Source: a bacterium (GTDB lineage Bacteria > Electryoneota > JAOADG01). From it: 64,000 nucleotides of DNA. The notes beneath the pieces are model-generated. The model was not told the DNA's origin and made no database searches. It worked only from the letters and a program-made list of their open reading frames with translations. The stretch lies in contig OY820579.1 in the NCBI GenBank assembly GCA_963681965.1, positions 1,056,001 to 1,120,000 of the forward strand, given 5' to 3'. The translations under genes and the position numbers were made by a program. Positions 16,894 to 28,800 of this stretch are shown here, piece by piece (positions within the stretch are counted from its first letter, which is position 1; every line of letters starts with the position of its first letter).

Positions 16894-19800
16894 TTACGGT
16901 CGCAACCAGTAATCGCTGGGGTATACCGTGTATACCGGTAAATTGGGTTCGAATTTTGCGATTTCGGTAGCAAGCGATTCGAATTGTGTTTTTGGTCCAA
17001 TCACAAAGAAATTGGGATCCACTGCATTGACCTTCGAATTCCCCATCCCGACGATCACCGAGCCATATACTCGATCGATTCGCTTATACAATTCAGGGAT
17101 TAAATTAGGTGTTTTACTCACTGTCAAAATTTGTTTCCGGAAAGAGGCAACTCGTTCCGGTGTGATACCATCCGCTAAATTTGCGGCAATCTTATAACCA
17201 CGCGATTCGTAACGGTCGGCAGCTTGACTGTCGACAAAATACTGTGCGACGATATAATCGGAAAGTGATGAGTCAACCGCGGTTTTACTTGCCTTTAAGT
17301 AATCTGCTACAAATCGAATCGTCGCAGCGATATCCGGACATCGTTCGGCATAATAACTAGCTCGCCCCTTCGATTCGCCGATGCGAAAACCGTTACTGTA
17401 GGCTAATCCGGAGCCCCATGTCTTCATGAATAGACCGTGAGCGCCACTACCGCCGAATAGACCACCAGTGAGGTAATCCATTGCGGCTTCGCGGCTGCTG
17501 TCCCATGGTGCAGTTAATTTGCATGTGAGCATCAGAACGCCGTTCCGCGAATTTTCATTCAACAACCCCACATACACCGGTTTCTTCAGACCGGGATTGC
17601 GGTCGCAAATCCGTTGTTCGATTCTTCGAATGTTGGAGTAATGCTGTTCGATCGGTTGTTTGTTCTCCAAGCATGAAACTAAATGTTCAATTTTTGGAAG
17701 CATTGCTTCACGATCGATGCGACTGGAAACTAGATACATTCGTGCATTACCGGAATTCCGCAGCGAGGCGAGAATCTGACGGAAATCGGCGAGTGTGCGA
17801 TCGGGACCATAAGCTAGATCGGATTTTACTAGCTGGCACAGAGCGATAAAATCGGAAGCGGCGGTTTCCGTAGGTAAATCGCCGATCATCGAACCAAGTT
17901 CTTTCGACAGAATCTTGATAATATCGGATGCTGAAGAAGTCAATTGCTTCGGTTCTGAGCGATCAAGTAATGTCGTTAAGTTTTCACGACTCATACCTGC
18001 AGAATGCGAAATTAGATCGTCAAGATACTGATAAACTTCCGATCGTGCCTGACTCTTTTCGATTTCTGTGAAACGGCACTTCAAGCGAAACATACACGCT
18101 TTTTGCGTTAAAAATGAGTTGCAGACCAGAAACAATGGTTTGTTTTGGAGATAGTAAGAGATCGAGGGATTGCGTACCCAATTCTCTTCCTTTCCAGTCA
18201 TCGAATTTCGTAAACCGTCTAATTCTTCATCGATGACATCGCGAATTCGAGGAAGATTCTCGTGTGCGAGATAGGGTGAAGTTAATCCCAGTTCCATCCA
18301 CTTTGCCGAATTTTCGAATTCGGTGCGATTACCGCCCATTCCTGTCAACAGTAATTCAAACCGATCCGCGACTTCGCTGACATCTAGCGAAGCACCGAAA
18401 TGTAATACTTCTTCGTGGAGACGCTTCTCCATCTCTTCGTAACTGACCGGTTTACCATTATCGACGACTCCGATCTGATTGATTATCGATGGGAGCAAAG
18501 GAACGTAAAACAGCAGCGACTCGGGTATGACCGAAAGCCGTAACGACAGACCGGTTGTGATTGACGTGATATTATCGAATGTAGACGCAACCACCGGTAC
18601 ACCATTCGATAACTTGATTGTTTCATAATTCAGCAGAGGATCGGGTGTCAGTGGCGGATTTTCGACAAATTTCGGAAGCTTCAATCCAACATATTGCTGA
18701 TCGATTTGTTTGGTTGTTTCGTTGTAATCGCGTTCGAACAACACTAACGCTGAATCGGTAGAAGAAGCGTGGTATTTGGACTTCAGCTTATTCAATGCTT
18801 TTGCCAAACGCGCCTCTTTTTCGGCAACTGCCGTCTTAGCCAATGTCGTATTCGGAACCGAAGCAAAGGCAAATGGTGGTCGCTTAAGTAGTTTGCTACG
18901 ATCGATCAACGACCTCCAGATATTCTTCCCGCTCTTTACTTTGGCTTCAAGTGCATCGATATCCGATTTCATTGCGAGCGATTTACTGAATGAATTGCTG
19001 GATTTTTCAAGTTGCGATAGATAATAGTACCAATTGGAAGCACCGCCACCACCGCGTTCACCGAATCCGGGAGGTGAATTGAGATAATACCGGATACCTT
19101 TCCGGAATTGCTGAATTCGTGACAAAACATCTTTATTGAATTCGATCAACTCAGGCGAACCGTCCGGATAAGAAGACAGCCGTTGCAATTCGGTCGAAAC
19201 AATTAACCGGAGCGAATCTATCATCGTTTGATTGATTTTATTACGGGCAATTCCCGTAAAGATAAAGCCGAGCGAATTTCCCGGATCGGAGTTGATGTAA
19301 CCTGATACGCTTGCAGCGCCAGTTTCGATAACACGAGTTTTCGATCCGATAATTTTTTGGTGTAAAGGGGATGATTGTGAATTGACGAATGAATTGATAA
19401 AATATTGCATTAATAGATACGTGTCGAATGAAAACTCATTATCCGCTGGATACAAAAAGTAAACTTCGCAGCGATCGTTTGGGTTATCGCTCGGATACTC
19501 GACAGGTATCAATTTACCTGAAGGAGATGCCGGATGAATTGTCGGCAAATTGGGTTTTGTCATTCCGTTGACAATGCCGGTATGTCCATTTGGTTCGATT
19601 CGATCCAATATCTCGGATAAACGAGATAGACTTGCTTCGATTGGAACATCGGCAGGTAATGCTACGATCGCGCCCATCTTGTCCAGTCGGTAATTGTCGG
19701 AATGGAATCGTCGAATATCGTCGGTTGTCATCGTACGATTGGCAGGAGGATAACCGCCTGTCTCACTCGATAGCGGGTGATCTTTACCATAGATGTGGTA

Positions 19801-20430
19801 ATTCGCCATTTGAAACAATAGCGAATTGGGTTTTTCAAAAGCACTGAGCATTTCGGTATAGATCGTGCCCTTTTCTTCCAAAACTCGCTTCCCGGTTTTC
19901 GAGTCGATACTTACACCTAAATGATAATCTTCTCTGACTTGTTCTGCATCGGAAAAGTCGGGGTGAAGCAGAGCATCCAATTTCAAATCGAAGAGACGGT
20001 AAAAGGATCCCGTGTCGGCATTCGTGTTGAAATGATAAGCAGTATAAAGTTGCGAAGTATAGGCGGTACTCGTGGCAAGCGTCATATCTTCGAAAACGGA
20101 GATAATCTTTCCCTTCTTGCCTTTACCGAGAACTAGATGCTCGATCGAATGCGGTTCGCCTTTTTCACTGCTTGTTCGCGTGTTTACCCAGATAAAAGCT
20201 TGAGGTACCGATTGAATTGGCAGTAAGTCGAGAATGAAACTATGCTTGATGCTTTGAAATCGTGCACCGATACGCACATCGGCATCGTTCGTATATACAT
20301 TCTCAACTTTAAATCCAGCGATGATATCGCCTTCACGAAATTGATCGAGCCGATTAGTAGATTCGGCGATGGATATTGTACAGAAGATTGCCAAGAGGAG
20401 CAGGATGGAAATTCTTTGATAAATGCGCAT
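16894..20430 (-). CDS. Secreted M16 (M16C/presequence-protease-like) zinc metallopeptidase
   Basis: Inverted zinc motif HSIEH, EKGTIYTEM and GLAYS. Signal peptide from MRIYQRISILLLLAIFCTISIA, with an AAGGA RBS before the ATG at 20430. Confidence 0.8.
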   Translation of the reverse strand: MRIYQRISILLLLAIFCTISIAESTNRLDQFREGDIIAGFKVENVYTNDADVRIGARFQSIKHSFILDLLPIQSVPQAFIWVNTRTSSEKGEPHSIEHLVLGKGKKGKIISVFEDMTLATSTAYTSQLYTAYHFNTNADTGSFYRLFDLKLDALLHPDFSDAEQVREDYHLGVSIDSKTGKRVLEEKGTIYTEMLSAFEKPNSLLFQMANYHIYGKDHPLSSETGGYPPANRTMTTDDIRRFHSDNYRLDKMGAIVALPADVPIEASLSRLSEILDRIEPNGHTGIVNGMTKPNLPTIHPASPSGKLIPVEYPSDNPNDRCEVYFLYPADNEFSFDTYLLMQYFINSFVNSQSSPLHQKIIGSKTRVIETGAASVSGYINSDPGNSLGFIFTGIARNKINQTMIDSLRLIVSTELQRLSSYPDGSPELIEFNKDVLSRIQQFRKGIRYYLNSPPGFGERGGGGASNWYYYLSQLEKSSNSFSKSLAMKSDIDALEAKVKSGKNIWRSLIDRSKLLKRPPFAFASVPNTTLAKTAVAEKEARLAKALNKLKSKYHASSTDSALVLFERDYNETTKQIDQQYVGLKLPKFVENPPLTPDPLLNYETIKLSNGVPVVASTFDNITSITTGLSLRLSVIPESLLFYVPLLPSIINQIGVVDNGKPVSYEEMEKRLHEEVLHFGASLDVSEVADRFELLLTGMGGNRTEFENSAKWMELGLTSPYLAHENLPRIRDVIDEELDGLRNSMTGKEENWVRNPSISYYLQNKPLFLVCNSFLTQKACMFRLKCRFTEIEKSQARSEVYQYLDDLISHSAGMSRENLTTLLDRSEPKQLTSSASDIIKILSKELGSMIGDLPTETAASDFIALCQLVKSDLAYGPDRTLADFRQILASLRNSGNARMYLVSSRIDREAMLPKIEHLVSCLENKQPIEQHYSNIRRIEQRICDRNPGLKKPVYVGLLNENSRNGVLMLTCKLTAPWDSSREAAMDYLTGGLFGGSGAHGLFMKTWGSGLAYSNGFRIGESKGRASYYAERCPDIAATIRFVADYLKASKTAVDSSLSDYIVAQYFVDSQAADRYESRGYKIAANLADGITPERVASFRKQILTVSKTPNLIPELYKRIDRVYGSVIVGMGNSKVNAVDPNFFVIGPKTQFESLATEIAKFEPNLPVYTVYPSDYWLRP

Positions 20431-20665
20431 AGGAATCCTTTCAGTCAAGAAATTCATCGATGAATGTCGCTTACAAGAGACAATTTAACCAAAATCAACG
20501 TAGTTTCAACCAATCGTACAGTTTGTGATTGACGCAATCGAAAGGGTTGCAGTCGCATCATTCGGTGTGTGTTTCGATACAAAACAGTCACAAAATGAAG
20601 TGATGAATTACGCAACACTTCATTCGATTGTGTTTAACAATTGTGCAGATGGAAGGGATGTTCTG

Positions 20666-22480
20666 TTATTTTGGAAATAAGCTGAATGAGTTGCGGTCTC
20701 GAATCAGTGAAATTATCGTTTCCGAGCCGGGGTCGAGTGGCGGTAAATTGATAACATATTGAGAATAATCCCCAGAACCCTGAATCCCGTCTTTCGAAGC
20801 GTTCAATTTAATCTTGGATTTCCGATAACTTCGTGGGAGTTGGAAATTTAGTGCTAAGTTTTCAGAAAGAGTCGCGTGTTTATTGTTAATTGTTATTTGA
20901 AAAGCCGTGTCCAATTCAACTGTTTTGATTTGCAAGTCGTTTCGTTCGAGTACCCATGATGAGATTTCTGCCAGTGTCGCGATCCAACTATTTTCTTTGG
21001 TGATATGCGCCAAAGCAACATCGACCGAACCGATGAATTCCGCTTTCGCAATGTATTGACTGTGATAGTTGAATTTATAAAGTCCACCGCAGTCGGCAAT
21101 CAGGTCGTAATTGGCAATTGCCATCTCGCCCATTCGTTGTGCATCGGTTAGCCCGAATCTAGCCATCAGATCGTAATCGTCTAACTCACATTTTGGATAA
21201 ACTACAATATTGCCATCTTGCAATCGAGCGCTGTCGTACGGAATAACTCTGGGATAAAATTGATTGGGGTCTTCATCGGCGGCAACATAAATCAGATTGC
21301 ACGCTTTCGCAGCGAGCAATGTATTGCGATCGTATGAAATCGTCGGCGGTCGAAGTCCTACCGGGCGCGGTCCAAACCGTTCAATAAAATCTTGAGCTGC
21401 GGTGATGCGGTTGATTTGAACCTCGATTGGTTGTCCACCGAATGCGTCATGAACATCGCCATGAATTCCCAATTCACTCCCGATCGCCTTCATCTGATTG
21501 ATGACATCCGGAAATTTTGCACCTAAACAGACCAACACATTGAACGTCGTCTTGATGTGATATTTGTTAATGATCGGGAAGATATTGGTTACTTCATCGA
21601 ATTGATCTTCTATGTCACCATGAATCAAAATGCCGGCTTTCTTGCCATTAGGCCAAGGCATCACACCACTGACTCCATGACCGGACAGCCAATAAATCTG
21701 GTCGCGGATCATCGTTTGAGCAAAGGATTTGTTCCGCGGATCGTCGCTAAAATCGAGAAGGTCGGCGCCAAACCAGATGACGCGTCCACCGTCGGAATTT
21801 TCGCGGTAGATCATTCCAGTGAGACGGGGCATCGAAAATGGGTCGGACTCGACATATTCCACTTCTTCCGCCCAATATCCGATCGGTTTCGTTTTAGATG
21901 ACGTATTGAGAAACAGCACATGTTTCGAGGGTGTGAAGGTCATCATCAAACCCGGGGGAATATTAAGTGTGCCCGGAACACCATAGCGCAAGAGAATCGA
22001 TGTGGAGATATCCGGAACCATATCGCTCAGTTCGGGCTTCTCGCCGATTAACTTCGAAAGTCCGTTGTAATTGGTAAACTTCCCGTGTACATCGTAGCAA
22101 CCGATTTCACCGGCAAGATAAAGACCACCGCCGTCCTCGACGAATTGTGACAATGCATTCAGTTGGGTTGGAAGCAGATATGCGGCATAATTGACAACCA
22201 CTACATCGATATTTTTCTTTACTTCTCGAAAGGTCGATTCCCGGGTGTACTCATACTTAATCGGAATACTGGAAATCTCACTTGGGGGGTAGAGATGAAA
22301 TGGATTTGCATTTGCCGGAATTGTCGCACCATTCGTGCGCCATTCGGTGACGTCTGGCTCGATAATCAGTACCCGAATTTCGGAATTCGCTGCCGCGAAT
22401 ACAACGCATGGCAATACCAGTCCTACCATGACCAGTAGACCAAAGATGAATATTCTAGATTGCAATTGTTTTCGTTTCAT
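20666..22480 (-). CDS. Secreted polysaccharide deacetylase (NodB/CE4-like) with N-terminal glutamine-amidotransferase-like domain
   Basis: Signal peptide. LSQFVEDGGGL (GATase-like/trimerisation domain). WPNGKKAGILIHGDIED, ELGIHGDVH and GLRPP CE4-type motifs. Confidence 0.8.
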   Translation of the reverse strand: MKRKQLQSRIFIFGLLVMVGLVLPCVVFAAANSEIRVLIIEPDVTEWRTNGATIPANANPFHLYPPSEISSIPIKYEYTRESTFREVKKNIDVVVVNYAAYLLPTQLNALSQFVEDGGGLYLAGEIGCYDVHGKFTNYNGLSKLIGEKPELSDMVPDISTSILLRYGVPGTLNIPPGLMMTFTPSKHVLFLNTSSKTKPIGYWAEEVEYVESDPFSMPRLTGMIYRENSDGGRVIWFGADLLDFSDDPRNKSFAQTMIRDQIYWLSGHGVSGVMPWPNGKKAGILIHGDIEDQFDEVTNIFPIINKYHIKTTFNVLVCLGAKFPDVINQMKAIGSELGIHGDVHDAFGGQPIEVQINRITAAQDFIERFGPRPVGLRPPTISYDRNTLLAAKACNLIYVAADEDPNQFYPRVIPYDSARLQDGNIVVYPKCELDDYDLMARFGLTDAQRMGEMAIANYDLIADCGGLYKFNYHSQYIAKAEFIGSVDVALAHITKENSWIATLAEISSWVLERNDLQIKTVELDTAFQITINNKHATLSENLALNFQLPRSYRKSKIKLNASKDGIQGSGDYSQYVINLPPLDPGSETIISLIRDRNSFSLFPK

Positions 22481-22494
22481 TTCGATAATACCGA

Positions 22495-25400
22495 TTACCA
22501 GTTCAGTCGGATATTGGCTGATGCGGTTCGTGCGATATAGATTTCGGTGTTGTGCAACGATTCTGAATAGATATAATTGAGACTAACTGCTACAGTCGAT
22601 CCGAAGCGATATTCGCACTCCACATCGCAAGATCGTTCGACCGAAGAAGTATGAAGTACTGCACCATATAAACTGCGAATGGAATAATCGAACCGATCGG
22701 AATACCCTGCAACGGTCAAGACTCCTGAGTACGTATCGTATTCGCGAATAGCCCAGTAATCAGTCGATGGTTGAATAAATCGAATCGACTCCCGACGTCC
22801 GCCAATTGTCAACCACGAAAATAGATCGACACCTAACTCGCCCCACATCTGATCGCGATGATTTTTATCCGATAGATCGCAATAGGAATAGTCACCTTCT
22901 ACCGATACGATACTTTTTGTGAGTTTTACGTGACTACCGGCAGTGCAGGCAACTAACTTGGATTTCAATGTTCGTAGACTGTCGGTTGAACCTACTTCGA
23001 AATAACCATCCCGCGCAGAACCGTAGATCGATAGTTTTAAAGAATTCAAACCGATCGATCGGGAGGTTTCAAAGGCAATTTCGGTCGATCCGTTGAATGC
23101 TGCACGATTGCGCCAACTGTACAAAGATACGGTAGAATAATTCCACAGATTGGAAACGATCTTTAGGTCTGTTGCAGCCGAGATAAATTTACCTTCTTCG
23201 ACTTTGGAGTTTTGCCTGATACTGTTTACACCGAATTCGATACGATATTTATGAATCATCGATAATCCGAGTTCGATCGACCCTTTATAGATACGCTCTC
23301 CAAGGTGCTCATTATTCTCGGTGAATTGGTTAGAAGATGTTGTCGATCGAATCGTCGATCCCTTGATATCGTGCAGCGCTTGAGTTGCCGGTAGATAATC
23401 GGGATATTGACGGAGGATATTGTTGTAGGCTGAAACCGCGCGCGCAATCTCGCCGTTTTGATAATACATTTCCGCAATATTAAGCAAACACTCGGTCGCA
23501 TCCGGTTTCAACGCGATAGCTTTTTCATATTCCATGATTGTCGCATCGTCGTTATCGAATTGGCTCATCGTCTCGGCATAGCGAAATCGATATTCGTAGT
23601 TTGTCGGGTAGGCTTCGACCATTTTCTTGTAGATCGCCAACGCTTGTTCGTATTGGTGATCCAACAAATAAACCGACGCAAGTGCCAGCGTTAAAGTAGG
23701 ATCGTTGGGTTTCATACTGAGACCAATCTGATACTGCTCGATGGCTCCGGCGTAATCTTCCTGACCGCAAAGAAAATTAGCCAATTGAAGACGCGCGTCG
23801 ATATTTTCCGGGTTATTCTCGAGATTCGTGCGTGTAGTATTGTATTCGTTGTATTGCCATCCGCGTTTTCGGCGTTCGAGTTGGTGAAGAGAATTGGCAG
23901 CAACCCCATCATCCGGATTCAATTTAACCAATCGACGATATGCCTGTTCAGCCTCTACGTATAGTTTAGCTTTTACCAGTCCTGCTGCAAGATCCGACAA
24001 TGCCGTAGTATCGTCAGGATCGTCTTTCAGCCGGTCTTCGGCATTCTTGATTAAGGGACCGAAATCCTCAGTCATATAACTCAAAATGAAGGGTACCCAT
24101 TTATTCGATGAATCGGCTTCCAGTATTTGATTGTAAATTTCTCGCGCTTCGCTATATCGACCTTGGAGACGAATCGATTCCCCGAGTCGAAGCAGCACAG
24201 TCTGATCTTCCGGATCAATTTCGTTCGCTTTCCGGTAGATTTTTTCGGCTAATTTGATATCATGCTGCGTTCGCAACAATGCTTCTGCGAGATCCAACTG
24301 GACATTAAGACTTTCCGGGTAAAGAGAGTTCATAAACAATAAATACTTTTCGGCAGCATTGAATTTCCCTGCCCAAAGCAGTGTGTGTACATAATCGCTT
24401 TGAGCTTGGTAGTCGTTCGGACGCTTCGCCAAATATTGTTCGTAAATTCGCGAAGCGATCACAACTGAATCGGGATACTGAGCCATTAATTGTGCGTAGT
24501 AAAGTAAAACTTCCGGATTATTGGGATCGTTTAAGTACTGCTGTCGTGTTTTAACAAATTCGGAAAAGATGCGGTCATTCCTTCGAACTTTCAACAGTGA
24601 ATCGAATTGAATGGCTTGTGGATCGAGCGATGTGTACGATAAACGAACCCGAACCAACGAATCGGCAAGATCGTCTTGATTCTGCTCAATCAATCGTTCG
24701 ACTAGCTCCATTCCGATTTTTCCGGTAGGATCGGCTTTTGCGCGAGTATATAAATCGAGTTCATGCATTCCGGGCGTTTGCAACAATCGATTGATCTTAG
24801 TATGTAATTCCGTTGGATTTTTTGCGAGTTTTGCGCCGTGACGATATGCTGCCAATGATTTAATATCGTTTCCACTCCAATGTTCGATATCGCCTAATAC
24901 ACTGTATACATCGGAATTCTTCGGGTCTTTAAAAATTAATTTTTGACACTCTCTTCGACCGGCATCGTATTGTTTTGTCCAGGAATAAAGGCGCGCTAGT
25001 TCCAATCGCGCTTGATCGTCGCGCTCGCGAACCGATAAATACAGTGAGTAGACTTCAATCGATCGCTGCAATTTATTGGTTGATGTTAAATATCGACCGT
25101 ATTCAATCAACATGTCCGGAGTAATAGTACCGTTGGTGATCGACGCTTCGTATTCACGCGCCTTAACTTCGTTGTAGTTAACCTTTTCTTGGGCTTTCTG
25201 AGCCGATTGCGGAAGTTTGATCTGAAGAAGTCGAGGATCTTTGGGTGTTTTCGATTTTATGAATTCTATATGTTCGGGTATTTCGTCGTAACGTCGGAGT
25301 TTCTGAAGCAATTCGATTAAAATCCAGCGAGTTTCAAGATCGTCTGGACATAAATTTAAATATTCTTTGTAATTAATGGCAGCTTCGAGTAACACACCTT

Positions 25401-25605
25401 GGTCGTGGAGTGTTTTCGCTTTAAAGAGAATTTTATCCGATTTGAGTGTTACTGCGTGAGTTACATTTACGATTTGGATGAAACCGCAGGCGTAAAACAA
25501 AATCACAATCAGTAGTCGTAGTCGGCGCAGAAGATCCCCACACTTCTTGAGTAAATCTAGGAAATACATTGGTAGTTTAAATATACCGGATAATATCCAT
25601 CGCAA
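22495..25605 (-). CDS. TPR-rich outer-membrane protein with C-terminal beta-barrel (PgaA/BcsC/PelB-like exporter architecture)
   Basis: Many TPR repeats (ARLELARLYSW, LAEALL, ARLQLANFL). The last ~280 aa are amphipathic beta-strands ending in NIRLNW. Start codon uncertain. Confidence 0.7.
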   Translation of the reverse strand: MRWILSGIFKLPMYFLDLLKKCGDLLRRLRLLIVILFYACGFIQIVNVTHAVTLKSDKILFKAKTLHDQGVLLEAAINYKEYLNLCPDDLETRWILIELLQKLRRYDEIPEHIEFIKSKTPKDPRLLQIKLPQSAQKAQEKVNYNEVKAREYEASITNGTITPDMLIEYGRYLTSTNKLQRSIEVYSLYLSVRERDDQARLELARLYSWTKQYDAGRRECQKLIFKDPKNSDVYSVLGDIEHWSGNDIKSLAAYRHGAKLAKNPTELHTKINRLLQTPGMHELDLYTRAKADPTGKIGMELVERLIEQNQDDLADSLVRVRLSYTSLDPQAIQFDSLLKVRRNDRIFSEFVKTRQQYLNDPNNPEVLLYYAQLMAQYPDSVVIASRIYEQYLAKRPNDYQAQSDYVHTLLWAGKFNAAEKYLLFMNSLYPESLNVQLDLAEALLRTQHDIKLAEKIYRKANEIDPEDQTVLLRLGESIRLQGRYSEAREIYNQILEADSSNKWVPFILSYMTEDFGPLIKNAEDRLKDDPDDTTALSDLAAGLVKAKLYVEAEQAYRRLVKLNPDDGVAANSLHQLERRKRGWQYNEYNTTRTNLENNPENIDARLQLANFLCGQEDYAGAIEQYQIGLSMKPNDPTLTLALASVYLLDHQYEQALAIYKKMVEAYPTNYEYRFRYAETMSQFDNDDATIMEYEKAIALKPDATECLLNIAEMYYQNGEIARAVSAYNNILRQYPDYLPATQALHDIKGSTIRSTTSSNQFTENNEHLGERIYKGSIELGLSMIHKYRIEFGVNSIRQNSKVEEGKFISAATDLKIVSNLWNYSTVSLYSWRNRAAFNGSTEIAFETSRSIGLNSLKLSIYGSARDGYFEVGSTDSLRTLKSKLVACTAGSHVKLTKSIVSVEGDYSYCDLSDKNHRDQMWGELGVDLFSWLTIGGRRESIRFIQPSTDYWAIREYDTYSGVLTVAGYSDRFDYSIRSLYGAVLHTSSVERSCDVECEYRFGSTVAVSLNYIYSESLHNTEIYIARTASANIRLNW

Positions 25606-25848
25606 TCCTAATGATACATTTTCAAACAGTATTTTTCAAACAATTTCCTCCGGAAATGAGAGCTGTCGATCGGTCCAAAAGATCGCGAAGGTCGCTAAGA
25701 TAACCGAAAGAACTCGACAGACGATTATATCAATAGAAAATTGCTTTCAAGTAACTGCTGTTATTATATCTATATGATTAAATAATAATTATTTGTAATT
25801 AGGTGCTGTAATGTAACGATAGTCGCCAGATCGCTATCGTATATTGCG

Positions 25849-28800
25849 ATGATGACGACGATGCGATTCAAAACGAAGATCGGATTGACCCGAGGAATCA
25901 TCAACCGTGCTTGGTTCAGTTGGTTGTTCCTACTCGCGATTGTCGGAATTACCCACATTGCCCGTGCTTCTGACCTATTCGATGTTTCCGAACGCGCCCT
26001 CATTAATGGAATTGGACGTCCACTCCCGGTTGGAGAGTTGATTAATCTTAAGCGCTCTCCGATAGTACTGCCGAATCCACCACAAATAGAAGCAGGAAAA
26101 TTAGTTTTTGCCGATCCAGCACAACGAATCGCTCTTCGGTGGCGGGTCGAACTCGATGAAAATCTTTCGATCATATTGAAACGAGCGACTCAAGAGGCGA
26201 TCGCAATCGAGAACCAATCGAAAGCGAGTGATTTAGCACACTCGGCTTTGTTACTTGCACTCACCTCGATCGCATATAGCGATTCAATAGCTGCCAATGA
26301 AGCATGGACTCGATTGCAATCGCTTCCACCCGTTCCTAAAAGTGGAGGACCTTCCGAGAACGACTCCGGACAACCGTGGGGCGATTTGCTGGATGGATCG
26401 TCGGCGTTGGCAAATGCAGCATTGGCATTCGATATCCTCCGCGACCGAAGACCATCACTCGAACAAGTCGCATTTTCCCGAACAATAGTTGCAGGTGCCG
26501 AGCGGATTCGAAATGGTATTGAATTTATCGGACCGAATAATCACGCATCGTCTACGGGAGCCAATCTAGCCGTAGCGCTTTGCGCAATATCGACCGAGGA
26601 GTGGAAAAATTATCCCGGAAAGCGTTTGCAATTATGGCGTATCGCCGAACGCCTGCTGCAAATCGGTTTGGCTCAAATAGGATCCGACGGGGTTTATCGC
26701 GAAGGTCCTGGATATGCGCAACTGGTATTACGGGATCTTTCCCGTCTATCGTTGATCCTTCAAAGCAAGGGGCTGGGTAATCTGCTCGCAGAAGCTCCAC
26801 TTCGTAGATTTGCTAAAGTGACTGCACAATTGTCGGGCAATCGAGGTGAACCACTACCCTTTGACGATTCGAATCCGATCGGTGGAAATCTGTGGCAGCA
26901 GGTTGCGCAATTACTACCGAACGAAACAGAAATATCTCAGTATGCTCGCGCACCGGTTACTCTAGCGAATTCGGATGCATTGCTCGAAATAGCGCGTTAT
27001 ACTTCACCTCCTAACTCGGTAAAATTGCTCAATCGATCAACTGCGGCGTTATATCGTGACGGTGGAATGGCGCTTCTCCGGCATGCCGGATCATCACCTT
27101 GGTTATTCGTGGTGGCTGGTGAACCGCAAAATCGCTGGACAGGACGGCATGAACAGATTGATCCCGGTAACATCGTCTGTCAGGTTGGATCGAGTAATCT
27201 GATAACATCCGGAGGTTACGGTCCGGGTGGGGTGAATGATCGGGATCGCGCTTATTGGATGTCGGGGAACGCACAAAGCGGATTTCTGGTCGATGGCGAC
27301 CCGCTTCACCTATCGATCGATGATAATCCCGATGAGTGTTCTCCTACATGGGATGGAGTCGTATGGAATGCCAGTGAATTGTATGCGCGTGCAACTTGGA
27401 TGCAGAGTGGAGTGAGAATTTCGCGGTCGGTAATCAGTGTTGGTGAGCGCGTAATTCTATTCGATCGAATATTTTTCAATCCCGGTATTGCTAGCAAGCA
27501 TATCGAAGCGCAATTCCAATTGCAGGGAAGGGTTGAGACGATTCAGTCGGGTAAATGGCGGGTCATTGGATCAAATGGTCGGGATACTCTCCAACTATCT
27601 TCATTCCCCGAGACTTTTGGCGAGCAATTTCGGGGAAAAGCTTCACGTGATGTATTCGGAACTGAACCGATTGTATCGCTTCGATTACCCATCCAATCGT
27701 TTCGCGCAACAATTCTAACACCCGGTGAGACCCATACTCGATCACTGATTTCAGTGAAAACCGATTCATCCGATAAACTTCAGTGGGAAGATTCGGATGG
27801 AACCAATTGGTCTTTACATTTGATCTATACTTTCGGAAAACAGAAAATTGAAATCTCGGGTCGGCATCCCGATGGAAGCGAACAACATTTCATGGAGTTG
27901 ATTGAGAGTGATTCGTCGCCAACTCGACAATTGCATCTTCGCGATATGTTTGGTGAAGCGTTGTACCCGGTACCCGCTTCACTTGATTCTAGGGGAGTGT
28001 TGGCTGATTCGGTAGAATTATTGACCTATCGATCAGTCCCCGTATCATCAGATAATCGTGCGGATTCTTTATCGCATCATTATCTCCCAACCGACGATCG
28101 AGATGGTTGGTTCGTTGTTGGTTCACCTCGGTTTCATCTGCAGGAAACACTTTCACCACCGCTTCAATCGCGACTCGAGCGATTAACAACGACCCCTTCC
28201 CATGAATCGATGTCTCGTCGGCTAGCGACGTGGAATCGCGAAGACCGCGCTGCGCTCGAAGCCGAAATCGCCGATTCGCTTGCGAATAATCTAAGCCGCG
28301 GTGTCGATTCACTCGGAATCGGACGTCCGCTATCGATCGCAATAGCAGCGATTGATGCGACAACCGACGGATTTGCACCGGGTAAATTTAGAATTCCATT
28401 TGATCTCGATGAAACGATCACTGGTTTCAATCAATCGGATGCTCGAATCCGCGCCAAAGGGCGATGGGGGAGTGGGCTATCACTCGATCGATTGCGGTTC
28501 GATCAAGCGAGTGATCAATCTGATTGGGCAATCGAGCGATCTGCCCCTTTTATGGGATATGAACGATATCGTGTTGAGTGGAATAATCGAATCTGGTCAA
28601 TTCGAGGAAATCATTCCGATGGTGTTCAATCAGATCTTGCTGCCGATTATCGCGATTCTACCTGGACTATTGGTTCGACACTGCAACGAACACGAGATGA
28701 TCATTATGCGCTGCAATCGATTGGTTCCGGGCGTGTATGGGCGTATGCTGGACGAGGATCCGATTCGTTAATAAATCTGCAGGGTCAAATTAGGCTCGCA

